Assembly: GCF_000497125.1 (NCBI RefSeq) | Contig: NC_090596.1 | Location: forward strand, 1,240,001-1,304,000 | Source: Spironucleus salmonicida | Taxonomy: Eukaryota | Reading direction: 5' to 3' | DNA length: 64,000 nt | Shown here: positions 1 to 10,604 of the stretch, piece after piece | Position numbering within the stretch: the stretch's first letter is position 1 | Layout: each line of letters starts with the position of its first letter | Translations under genes and position numbers: made by a program | The notes under the pieces: model-generated | Seen by the model: only the letters and a program-made list of their open reading frames with translations | Databases searched by the model: none | Told to the model about the DNA's origin: nothing

Positions 1-411
1 CGTGGAACCAGGCGGCTGCGTCCATTCAGGTACTGCCGCTATTATACAGTACTATGGAGGTAATACGAAAGAGTTTTTGGTTTCGGTAGTAAACGATGGC
101 GCGGGTTTGGGTAATACGCGGTATTGGAAACATCGGCCTCCTAGTAAATGTACTATTTTTATGCTGAACCTATATTAGCATAAAATTCTACGTTTTGATT
201 TATGGAGTCTGTATCTATAATATCGGTTATACATTAGTTAGAAAAACTAAAGTTAACTTATATTTTTAGGTATATAGCATATATTTCGCCACGCAGAATC
301 GAAAGCTATTGCCCCTAAATAAGTATAACTGCAATACGACTAAAATTTAAAAATAATCCACACTATAACTAGATTTAAACATTAGATATCACTCGCTTCT
401 TTCCCTTGAAA

Positions 412-2154
412 ATGGGTGGAAACTGCTCTGATACTATGAACGGGTGCGTTCAAAACTTTTACTGCCCCCTAAATCCAGGCAAGGACCAAATTACGTGCTA
501 AAAATGCAACGAAGACATGCCAGTCGGAACCTCCTGCCAGTGCCATAGTGACTCCATCATACGCAAAGACTGTGCAGTTTGCGAAGGTGGTAAAGGCAGC
601 TAGTGCGTCAAATGCACCCATACCCACTTTCTCAAGGGCCGCGCCTGCCTTAATTGCCAGGCTAATTGCAAAACCTGCACCAGCGAAACCTCCTGCTAAG
701 TCTGCCTGGATGGGTACTACTTAGATAACGATATGTGCAAGAAGTGCTCTGACAACTGCCTCACCTGCTCGGCAGAAAAAGTTTGCATTACCTGCCCGCC
801 TGGGTTCGTCCTGAACGCATCCAATACCTGCACGCCGTGCCCGTCAAACTGCTTCAAGTGCGACATCTAGCTGAAGTGCTAGCAGTGCAACAACGACTTC
901 TTCATCACCGAAGCCAATACCTGCCAAGCATGCAGCAGCATGACGACGTTCGACCAGAAGTGCCAGTGCCAGAACAAACAGCAAGGTGGCTGCACTGCAT
1001 GCTACCCAAAGCAAAGCACCTGCCAAACCTGCCTACCGAGTGGAAAAGTAGCCAACGGATAATGCTTTGTGGACGCATGCAAGAACGACAGCGACTGCAA
1101 AACTCATTAGTTCTGCGACATATTTACCACAAAGGGTAATGTATGTACCGAATGCTATACTAATTGTGTAAAGTGCTCGGGCGGCTCACGTACGTGCACA
1201 GAATGTAAGGCTGGAGATTACTTGGCATCAGGGTCATGCAAGGCGTGCCAGCCAACCTCGCCGCTTGGGATGAGCTGCCAGTGCGGCGCGCAGAAAATTG
1301 AGAACTGCGGCGGCTGCGATGGCGATACCTGCTCGTAGTGCATCAACGGGCACTCTTTGGTAGGGGGCTCGTGCAAGGACTGTGCGGATAGCATCGTAGG
1401 ATCGACCTGCATCTGCCTCGGCAATCCATACATGAACTGCGACGCATGCGGTCTGGAGGGCTGCGGGAAGTGCATCCCGGGGTACATCCTGGAGAACAAG
1501 CAGTGCGCCCCCTTCAACTGCGAGAAGACCACCCCGTGCGCCGATGGTCAATACTGCGACAGTACTTTAATCGTGCACGTATGCCGCGTCTGTATTGCAG
1601 ACTGCAGCACCTGCACAAACGCGACCGACTGCCAGGCCTGCGAGCCTGGGCGTTTCCTGAAGGACGGTGCGTGCAGCCCTTGCGAGTAGATAACGGAGGG
1701 GGAGCAGTGCAACTGCGCCGGGACCCTGATCCAGCGCTGCACCAGCTGCACGGGGTCCGCCTGCAAGACGTGCACGCCCGGCAACTATCTGAGCGAAGGC
1801 CAGTGCAGCTCCTGCGCATCCATTCCCTTGGGCGCGCACTGCCTATGCGATGCACTCCTGGTCGAGAGCTGCTCAATGTGCGGAGTCGGGGGAACGTGCG
1901 AGGCGTGCACCGTGGGCGCGGAAATGGTCAACGGCGAATGCGTCAACTGCACGCTCAACCCGGAGCAGTGCACGCAGCTGATGTCCGGAGGATAGATCAC
2001 AGGTATTTTCGTAGGTGTGCTAGCAGTGATTGCCATCACAATCCTGGTTGTAGTGCTAATTCTGAAAAGCATGCGGAATAAGAAAAAAGCTCCCCAGCTT
2101 GATCTACCTGTCCAAAGGATGACCGGCACGCCTCATGCCCACGACATGTCATGA
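412..2154 (+). CDS. Cysteine-rich membrane protein (CRMP/VSP-like), 580 aa
   Basis: ATG 412 to TGA 2152-2154 with TAA/TAG read as Gln. Dense CxxC/CxC motifs, C-terminal TM (ITGIFVGVLAVIAITILVVVLIL) followed by basic RNKKK. Confidence 0.92.
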
Positions 2155-3380
2155 GATTCCCGAGTGACCCTCCATTTAGTATGATTCCGGCTAACAGGAC
2201 ACTATAGTATACTACCCTCCAAAATCTGTAGATACCCGCAGTATTCGTACCAACGCTGGAAATGATGCAGGTGCTAGCATTCGTTACGAACTGCCCCCGT
2301 ATCACCTCGAACTCGTCCGCCTACGCCGAGTACGCCACGCGGGACGAGATCCTGGTCTTCGTCCCCTTCCAGGAGGCCCAGATCCTGGTCTCCGAGTACG
2401 CGGACTTCAGCGCCGCGATCCGCATCAATGCGAGCTTCAACGACATGGCGGGGGTCTGCTTCGCCGGCCCCAAGACGCTGGTCCTGGACAGCTGCAACCT
2501 GTTCCGGCTGCGCCTCGCCCAGCAGGTGCCGCCAGAGCTGGTGTACCAGACCTACGTGAAGACGCTCTTCCTCCAGATAAACGGCGCGGTGTCCACCCTG
2601 CAGATCCGGCAGGAGATCACCTACTCCACCAACCTCTACGCCCAGCGCCAGCTGAACCGCATGGAGATCCTGCTGGGCGCGAACGTCTGCGACGTCGAGA
2701 CGGCGCTCATGCACTCGCGGCGGCGCTGCACCGTCCAGGACGCGTGCGGGGTGCAGCAGCCCAGCAAGGTGCAGTTCTTCCAGAACGCCTCCTTCAGCGA
2801 GCCCATCGCCTACAAGATCTTCAACTGCCACAGCGGCAAGACCGTGCAGCGCGCTCTCCGCCTCGTCCAGTCCGAGCGGGTCGTGGGCGAGAAGCGCCGC
2901 ATGCACGAGCTCCGGCTCGACGCGGCGGGCCTCTTCGTGGAGGCGGCCGGCGTGCTGTGCGACGGCAGGCCCGTGAAGCCCGAGGCGGGCGTGTCGCGGG
3001 TGGCGAACTGCTCGGTGGTCCAGGCGGGCGACCAGCACTACTTCGTCGAGGCGAGCCAGCAGGCCTACTACAACTACACCTACTTCCCCCACCACGCCCA
3101 GCTCCCGGTCGTGCTCCAGCAGGGCGCCGTGTGCGAGCTCGTGGGGCAGCAGATCTTCCTGCGCGGCAAGGAGGAGTTCGACGACCTGATCGTGGACCCC
3201 GAACCGGAGCCCACCCCAGATCCGGACCCGGAGCCCACGCCTGACCCCGAGCCGACCCCGGACCCGGAGGAGTGCGGCGAGAACGAGACGCTCGTGGACG
3301 GCGCCTGCGTGGCGGACGGCGCGAGAGGGCTGCCGCTGGCGATATCGGCGCTCGTCCTCGCGGCGGTGCTGCTTCAGTGA
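2151..3380 (+). CDS. Putative surface protein with PEPTPD stalk repeats and a hydrophobic C-terminal tail (start 2151 or 2181)
   Basis: ORF 2262..3380 extends upstream through TAG codons to ATG 2181 and ATG 2151. Contains DPEPEPTPDPDPEPTPDPEPTPDPE and ends GLPLAISALVLAAVLLQ-TGA. Confidence 0.75.
3196..3270 (+). repeat. Coding repeat encoding (PEPTPD)n
   Basis: Imperfect 18-bp units such as ccggagcccaccccagat / ccggagcccacgcctgac. Confidence 0.85.
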
Positions 3381-3406
3381 AGGTTCCGACTCACTCCCGA
3401 AAACGC

Positions 3407-4813
3407 TCACTCCAGCCAGCCGAACACCTTGTGGCCCTCCTGGGCCTGCAGCTGGGCGAAGTCCGCGAAGAGCAGGTCGCCCTCCAGGTTCAGCAGGTCC
3501 GGCCGCTCCCCGCTCAGCACCTCGTCGAACCGCCCGCCCAGGTGCTGGCCCTGGACGCGCAGGTCCCGGCCCTGCGAGAGCGCCTGGTTGGCGTCCGCCT
3601 CGCCAGACTGCACGTTGAGCCCCAGGGCCCGCGCGAACTGGCACTTCCCGGCCTGCGCGCAGAGGCTGGCCAGGATGCCGCGGAAGGCCGTGAGCTCGCT
3701 GGAGCCCTCCCGGCAGAGCACGGCCACACGCACCAGCACCTCGAGCCGGAGCGCGTTCAGGCTCGCCACGGGGCTGAGGCGCAGGACCTCGGCGGGGAAG
3801 TAGGCCTGGTGAAGCTTCTCGACGTAGAGGGGACGGGCGTCCTGGGGCATCGGGGCGAAGGGCTGCACGAAGGAGAGCAGCGCCAGCAGCGTCTGCACCG
3901 GGACCCGCGGGTAGCTGAGGAGCATCTGCGGCGTCCGCGACAGGAACTGGCGCGTGATCAGCCGGTGCTGCGAGAGGTCGATGCGGAGCGCCAGGATGGG
4001 GGACTTCTCGATGATCAGGGCCAGGTTCAGCTGGGTGCTCTGCCGCGTCCCGACGATCGCCAGCACCGTGTTGCTGGTCGCCAATAGCGCGTTGAGGTCC
4101 AGCAGCTGCAGGAACTGGCCGTACAGGTCCGAGAACACCACGAGCCCGGCCGCGAAGGCGGTGACGACAACCCCGTTGACGTGCGAGATGAAGCAGGTCA
4201 GGATCGGTGACTGCGCGACGTCCTGCGGCAGCGGGCTGAACACCCGGAAGGCCTGCTTTTTCAGGATCTGCCCGGTGAACACCGCGTTGTCCGCCAGCGT
4301 GCCCGCGAAGAACGTCCCGTCGAAGTCCACGCTTCGCACCCGCGCGGGGACCTCGAACTGCATGGTGAACAGCTCCTGCTCCAGGTAGCCCTGCAGGATG
4401 AGCGTGGAGGCGGACTGGCTGAAGACGACGAAGGTCTGGTTGAGGAACACGGCCTGCACGAAGTCGAACTTGAACGCGACGGTCTGGTACAGCTGCCCGT
4501 TGAAGAGCAGGTCGCACGTCTGCTGATGCTGCGAGAAGGACACCGGGGGGCTCCGGCGCGAGGTGATGGTCTGCTGGCGGTAGTTCTTCACCGGCATCAG
4601 GTCCTGCAGCTCGATCAGGACGGTCTAGGTCGCGTAGATCAACTGGGCCGACACGGGGGAGAGCTGCGAGATCGCCAGCGGGACGTCCTGCAGGAGCTGC
4701 ATCTTGACGTTCTGGAAGGACGGTGGCAGCGGTGGCAGGAGATACTGCTTCGGCGTCAGCTTCGAGGCGTGCGGGGGTGCGTCCGTGTAGTAGATTATCT
4801 GCGGGCTTATCAT
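3407..4813 (-). CDS. Hypothetical protein, 468 aa (N-terminal half possibly beta-propeller-like)
   Basis: ATG 4813 (MISPQIIYY) is in frame with ORF 3407..4597 across a TAG=Gln at 4625. Ends GAG-TGA. Strong GC3 bias on this strand. Confidence 0.8.
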
Positions 4814-4870
4814 TCTGGAAATTTTGCCAGGGTGTAATATTATATCGGGAGTCCGCTGAAGCGCTGAGAA

Positions 4871-5695
4871 ATGTTCCGGGAGGTGTTCTTCGCAACCGGC
4901 GTGTTCGCGCCAGCCCAGCTGTTCGAGATAGGCACGCTGGACATCTAGGCCAGAGGCAGGCTGACGGGGGTGCTGGCGAACGTCCCTCACCAAATCCTCC
5001 CGTCCTTCCTTTTTCGAAAGACCGCCGTCGCCGAGGCCCTCTTCACGTACGAGAGGATAACGTTCGGCCAGCTTAAGCCGATCCACGAGCAGCCGTTCCC
5101 GGCGCTCCCGGCGCAGAGCGACTTCCCCGCTGCGCTGGACCGGGAGACCAGCATCTGCCGGAACCGGAACCCCTTCGGTATCCCGGTGCTGAGCCTGGAG
5201 CACTTCAAGAAAGTCCCAAGGCAGGAAGTCACCGTCATCGTCGACTTCGAGCTGTACTACCAGACGAAGGCGGCGTTCTACATCAGCGAGATAGGGGCGG
5301 TGCGGGTGTCGGGCGCGTCGATGGAGACATTCCGTCGCTTCGTTGCGCCGCCGCCCGACACCGCCAACGCCTCGGCCAGGTACATCTCCAAGGTAATCAC
5401 CGGCATTCCGTGCCAGAAGCACAAGAGCATCGCCTACGTCTCGCAGGGGGCTGCGCTGGCGGAACTGGTCAGTTTCATCGGTGCCCAGAAGATCATCTTC
5501 GCGAAGGGGCGGAAGCTGGAGCAGCAGATCCTGCCCACAATGCAGGTGGAGGAGGTCTATCCGTACTTCTGCCAGCAGAGGGGCTTCGCCATCCCCGCAA
5601 TGGCGGGCACCCGCTGCGCCTTCCACGCCCGGGTGCCCCAGCGGTTCCACTGCGCGCTGGAGGACGTCACCGAGTGGGGAAAGCTCTTTTTGTGA
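4871..5695 (+). CDS. DEDDh 3'-5' exonuclease-fold protein, Maelstrom-like, 274 aa
   Basis: ATG 4871 in frame through one TAG. Motifs IVDFE..YISEIGAV, ITGIP, FAKG..LE and CAFH...FHCALEDV. Confidence 0.75.
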
Positions 5696-5707
5696 GGTGT
5701 CGTTATT

Positions 5708-6238
5708 ATGTCCCGCCGGCGTTTCCCGCTCCAGGTAATGACGGAGAAGACCTACAAGGCCGCCAGCGCCGACCTGCAGAAAAACTTCCTGGCACAGCAG
5801 CAGGCCGTCCAGCTCAAGAGCGACCTCGCTAGATCCCAGCAGGACAAGGCGCTGCTGCTCGAGCAGAACGCAGCCCTAACCGCCGCCAACGGTACGCTGC
5901 GCAGCCAGCTCGCCCAGACCACGACGGTCGGTGCCGCGGTCCTGGACCTCCAACGGCAGCAGAACCTGGCCTACACGAACCTCCAGTTCGCGCTCCTCGG
6001 GCTGACGAACCAGGTCCGTGGGCTGCAGACCCAGCTCGCCGCCTTCTCGGACGCTGCGATGCCGCAGGCGAAAATCCGCCCCTCCAGCTCCGCAATGTTC
6101 ACGCCCGCGGCGGCCAAGTACGCGGAGTCCGTGCAGCGCATCTGCACGTCCGAGGCGGAGTCTGGCGAGGTGGCGCGTCTGAAGGAGGTGGTGAAGCAGC
6201 TCACGCGGCAGCTCAGCGACATGAGGTTTCAGGAGTGA
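5708..6238 (+). CDS. Coiled-coil hypothetical protein, 176 aa
   Basis: Intact ORF with heptad Q/L/A pattern, ends GAG-TGA. Confidence 0.8.
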   Translation: MSRRRFPLQVMTEKTYKAASADLQKNFLAQQQAVQLKSDLARSQQDKALLLEQNAALTAANGTLRSQLAQTTTVGAAVLDLQRQQNLAYTNLQFALLGLTNQVRGLQTQLAAFSDAAMPQAKIRPSSSAMFTPAAAKYAESVQRICTSEAESGEVARLKEVVKQLTRQLSDMRFQE

Positions 6239-6385
6239 CTCAGCACCCCTATTATATCATTATAAACACCAAAATTCAATCACTTACTCACAAAAAGCTC
6301 TTTTGTTACTTTAAACACTATATCTTTGTCAAATACTCATTTTAACGCATCACTCTCCTTTTCTTTCACGTCATTTCATTTCACT

Positions 6386-7120
6386 TCACTATCCCTTCCT
6401 TTCTTTTCCTTTCAAACCTCTCGCGTACTTTAGCCCACTAAACTCGACCTGCTTTTCGGTCCATTCCTTGCCGTTGTAGAGGATGATTCCAGGACACTGG
6501 AAGCACACGAAGTCGAAGCAGCTCCCAACCTTCGCGACCGGGTTGCCTGCAAGCTTGAGGACCTGCAGCGTTTTGGGCAGAAACTGGAGCTACGCGAGCT
6601 CCGAGATCATGTTATTTTCTACTTCCAAAACTGTCAAACTACAGTCGCGGATCAGGTCCAGAGTTGAAATGCCGACGCCGTTGAGGTAAAGCTTGCGCAG
6701 CTTCGGCGCGTTTCGGGTCAGAAACGCGTTAAAATTTTCGTCGAAAGTGTAGTCCGAGCGCTGCAATGACAGGTTCAACTCCATCAAGTGGGGATAAAAC
6801 CTGTCGATTTTGAAGAGTTTCAGCCGGTTGTGCGAGAGGTTCAGCGTGAAGAGGACGTCGGATGCGATGTCAGGGACCGTTTCCAGCTCGTTGTGGGAAA
6901 AATCAGCATCCTCGAGCAGCTTTATATTGGCAGGGAAGATAGTTTTGAGCTTGCTGTTCGCTGCAAAGAGCTTCTGCGCGTTAACAAACTTGGAGAGGTC
7001 TGGGAGCTCCTAGATGTTGAGATCGTTCAGATTTATGATTGTTACTTGCTAGGATGTAGTTATGGGTTTTCCTGTTGCTTTGGCGTATCGTGAGATCGCG
7101 ATTTATTCACAATTTAACAT
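6386..7120 (-). CDS. Leucine-rich repeat protein, 244 aa
   Basis: LxxLxLxxN repeats (LFTLNLSHNRL, LRKLYLNGVGI, LTVLEVENNMI, LQVLKLAGNPV). ATG 7120, TGA 6386. Confidence 0.88.
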
Positions 7121-7271
7121 TTTTAGATAAAAATAATTTATACTATTTAGTATATAATATTAATTAAATGAATTATTATATAATGATATTATAATTAATG
7201 TTTAATTACTCTGTAGAATTACTGATAAATAAAATAATTTATGTATATAAATATTTTTTGTAATTAATAAA

Positions 7272-8039
7272 ATGATGCTTTCACAAATAGTGAAGTAAAA
7301 ATCCTACCAATTAAAAGCCATATCTAAATTAAACTAATCGATTTTAAATAATTCAACATCGTTGGTAGACACACGTAACTAACATATTATATCATCATAA
7401 GTCGGAATTTACTCATCTCTTCCAAAAGCACTTTTTGCTAAGTATTTGGAACTAGACCTGTACGACAGTAACCTCTAAAACAAAAAGAAGAAGAAAACAT
7501 AGTCATATGAGCAAGTTGATGGCAAAATTGTACTTTATTTCTATTACTTCAAAAAACGCGTGGGCGAGGAGAATAAGCTGCTAGAACTGAACCAATTCCA
7601 ATCAATTTAGGAGGCAATCACGCGATATGGCAAGCGAAAGTGCGTTCTTGATATCATATCACAGTTCAGAAAAGATAAAATTGTCATAAACCTCAATTTT
7701 ATTTCGACCGAAAAGTACAAATTAATGCGATACTCGGGAACGTTTTTGTACAAAATTCTCTCCAACGAAGACGAACCGGACAACCAAAATCTCGTGCACT
7801 AGGACACGTAGTTCAAGCGGTAAATAGTCGACATGCAACGCAAGTTCGACAGCGTTTTCAACGACAAGGGTTTCACATTCCGCTTCCTAATTTTTATCAA
7901 GTTCGTAAAATACTTTCCGAACAGGTACGTCTTCTACGGTCAAGATGTCCAGCCGATTTTCGTTTTTGCCGAGCAGGTCCAGCAGGCGATCGACTGCGCA
8001 AAGGTGCAGTACTACTAGCAGCGGTCCCGCAAAAAGTGA
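7272..8039 (+). CDS. Hypothetical protein, 255 aa
   Basis: Open from ATG 7272 to AAG-TGA 8037-8039 with TAA/TAG=Gln. Confidence 0.75.
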
Positions 8040-8052
8040 TGTTCACAGAATT

Positions 8053-8334
8053 TCACTGCAGTGAGTTTAGCGCCTGGCTGACCAACTGGCTTATGAAAGT
8101 GCTACCGCCACGATCCGGATGGTTCAGCGCCAGCAGTATTTTAGCGTTTTTCTGCCCTCTTTTGGCGTCGAATATCGGCTAATTTAAAATCTGGCGTGCG
8201 ACTGCGGGGGTTATCTTTTCTGGAATTTCACCTCTGAATCTTCTTGGATACTATGGAAGAGCGGGTGTGAGTGCATAAACGATTGCAGATGCTAAAATAG
8301 GATACTTATTAGCTTTTATGAATGTTAGAGTCAT
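8053..8334 (-). CDS. PAM18: Pam18/Tim14 J-domain import-motor subunit, 93 aa
   Basis: MTLTFIKANKYPILASAIVYAL...RFRGEIPEKITPAVARQIL...LLALNHPDRGGSTFISQLVSQAL: hydrophobic N-terminus plus the Pam18-type NHPDRGGS motif. Confidence 0.85.
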
Positions 8335-8397
8335 TTGTATATAAATAATTATAAATAATATATAATAAATAATATTATTCATTTCTAAAAATCAAAA

Positions 8398-8889
8398 ATG
8401 CAACCTACGGTAAGGAAGACTTTAGAAGCTGCGCCTCCTTCGATGCCACCAAATTTATCAGCAATGTACATTTAGCGATGTAAGAACTAAAAAATTAGGC
8501 CTAACTTCACAGCACAAAAAATCTTACAAAAAGCGCCAAAAATAACAAAAATTGATTTCTCACAAGATATTATAGGAGCTAGAGGACTTATTGTTCTTTG
8601 TGATATTTTAAGTGAGTTTAAACGCATATTAAACCAAATAACAGAAATAGATTTAAGTGGAAATGCTTTAGATAATTCTGCTATTATAAAGTTATCCTAG
8701 TTACTTGAAAACTAACAATAGATGACTTATGTAAACCTAAGTGAAAATAATTTTGGAAGAGAATCTATATAATCAATTAAATAGTTGTTGTTGAATAATA
8801 AGAAAATTTAGATACTAATACATGATTGTAGATGTTTGAAAGACGAGCAAAAATAATATTTATCTAAATTTGGTCGCGTAGTATACTGA
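8398..8889 (+). CDS. RNI-type leucine-rich repeat protein, 163 aa
   Basis: ITKIDFSQDIIGARG, ITEIDLSGNALDNSA, MTYVNLSENNFGRES. Confidence 0.85.
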
Positions 8890-8917
8890 ATTATGTGCAT
8901 TATTTATCAATATTTAA

Positions 8918-9358
8918 TCATTTTTCAATATTAAAAACATCTTCACAAACACACATAAAAAGTTCATAACTTATATACTTTTAATTTTCTAAATCTGCTA
9001 TCTCAGTACAAATATCTGTTACAGAGTCACTATCACATTTACAGTTTATATTTTTTAGTTTTCTGAAAGTTTCTGGACTAACTCGTTAGCGGTAATTATG
9101 ATCATTTGCTAAGAAAATAATTTTAAACAAATCATGCTATTCTGAATTTTCTACGATATAACAAAGTCGCAAAAAGTCTCGCATTATCAATTTTGATGGT
9201 AATTCTGCAATCTATAATATTTATTTTATATCACTTTCTGTTCTTATAATTTATATACATTCTAGTGCTTTTGTAGCTTGTATAGGTGTTAAAAATCGTA
9301 ATTTCAATTAATCTTAAGCAATAAATAAATTTTAATAAATCGTATGATGATTTTTCAT
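8918..9358 (-). CDS. Divergent calmodulin/centrin-like EF-hand protein, 146 aa
   Basis: Calmodulin size with degenerate EF-hand spacing (LFKIIFLANDHNYRQRVS; ADLENQKYISYELF). Confidence 0.6.
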
Positions 9359-9441
9359 TTTTTGAATTTTATTAAGTAAGTATAATATCTGATAAGTAAA
9401 ATTCTAAAAATGTAAACTTTACATTTTTTCTCTAAAACTTT

Positions 9442-10038
9442 TCACTCTGGAAGTTGCTCTTTATTTATTAACTTTTTACGTACTAAACACTCCCCAATCG
9501 CTTTTAATCTATATCTAACTTATATATCTGTTCTTCCTGGTATTTTATCAGCAATAACTTTCCATTTTCTTGGAGGTGAGTTTGCAATTGCACTCACCAA
9601 CATTTTATCCTCATTTTCACTCCATTTGCCTTTTTTAATTACTGGATTCACAACCCTTGACCATCTTTAGTTACACTATGAAGGGCTCCGAATCGGTGTT
9701 CCTGGAAGCATCTTATGTATAGATCTTGCAATTTGAGGCCAATTTTATCTATTATTTGACATAACTAATTGCTCCAACATCTTGTCTTCATCCTCAGACC
9801 ATTCTAGCTAAACTCTACGTTGTGTACGCCGTGGCTTGTTGGACTCTTCGTAGCTTGAAGAATCATCAGCAGTCTTTACAACTTAAACTTCATTTTCTGC
9901 TATTTGATAGTGCTCAAGATAAGGATTCTGCTAGAATTCAGCATTGTTAAATTCCAGGATAGGTGAGTTGAAATCATACTCAAAATCCATTGAGAGATCG
10001 TTTAAGGAAAAAAGGCAAGATGGGGAATCAAAGTTCAT
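9442..10038 (-). CDS. R2R3 Myb-domain transcription factor, 198 aa
   Basis: WSEDEDKML...NWPQIA...RSPSQCNQRW...KKGKWSENEDKML...KWKVIADKIPGRTDIQVRYR. Confidence 0.93.
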
Positions 10039-10604
10039 TTGTAAATCTGTGTAGGATAAATCTTAAGAACAAAATTTTCATAATATAACTACAATATTGG
10101 TAATACACCCTACTTTCGTTAGTAGATTTGAAGTATAGTTATTAAAACTCTCAAGATAGAAAAATAAGCATAATGATTATTATTTTTATAATATATTACG
10201 TAAGTGCGTACGATAAAAATAATGCATGGTATAGATGATCCAATTTTATTATACTCTATAAGTAGTAAAAATTCTAATAGTTTTTATTCATAATGGGTTA
10301 TTAATTGTATACACAAATAATATTAAAAAAATGTAATATAATAGCGCAAACACAGTTTAATTCTTTCATCAATATATATTGAAAATACGTAGAATTTATC
10401 TTTTATTCAAATATTAAACTATATAATGTATTTAAGCAATAATTTTTAAAAAACGTATTATAAAGTAAAATTATGGAATCAGTAAAATGAACCCATAGAC
10501 TCTCCTGTAGATAAACCTTCTTAATATATAAATATTGCAAAAAATATATATAATATTTTTAAGTATATATCTAATATTATGTCATTATAATAATTTACAA
10601 TTAA

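Noticed and set aside
1-280. Possible 5' end of a minus-strand gene running off the window
   Set aside because: Two frames are open with no recognisable motif, so I cannot choose between them.
412-2154. CRMP and most other genes as pseudogenes because of internal TAA/TAG
   Set aside because: Explained by the Gln reassignment.
2274-4895. 873-aa minus-strand ORF and other long overlapping ORFs in the GC island
   Set aside because: Shadow frames caused by extreme GC3 bias. They are R/A/G/P-rich and overlap better-supported genes.
4625-5650. 341-aa minus-strand ORF
   Set aside because: Its 5' part is antisense to the exonuclease gene; only the part from ATG 4813 belongs to the 468-aa gene.
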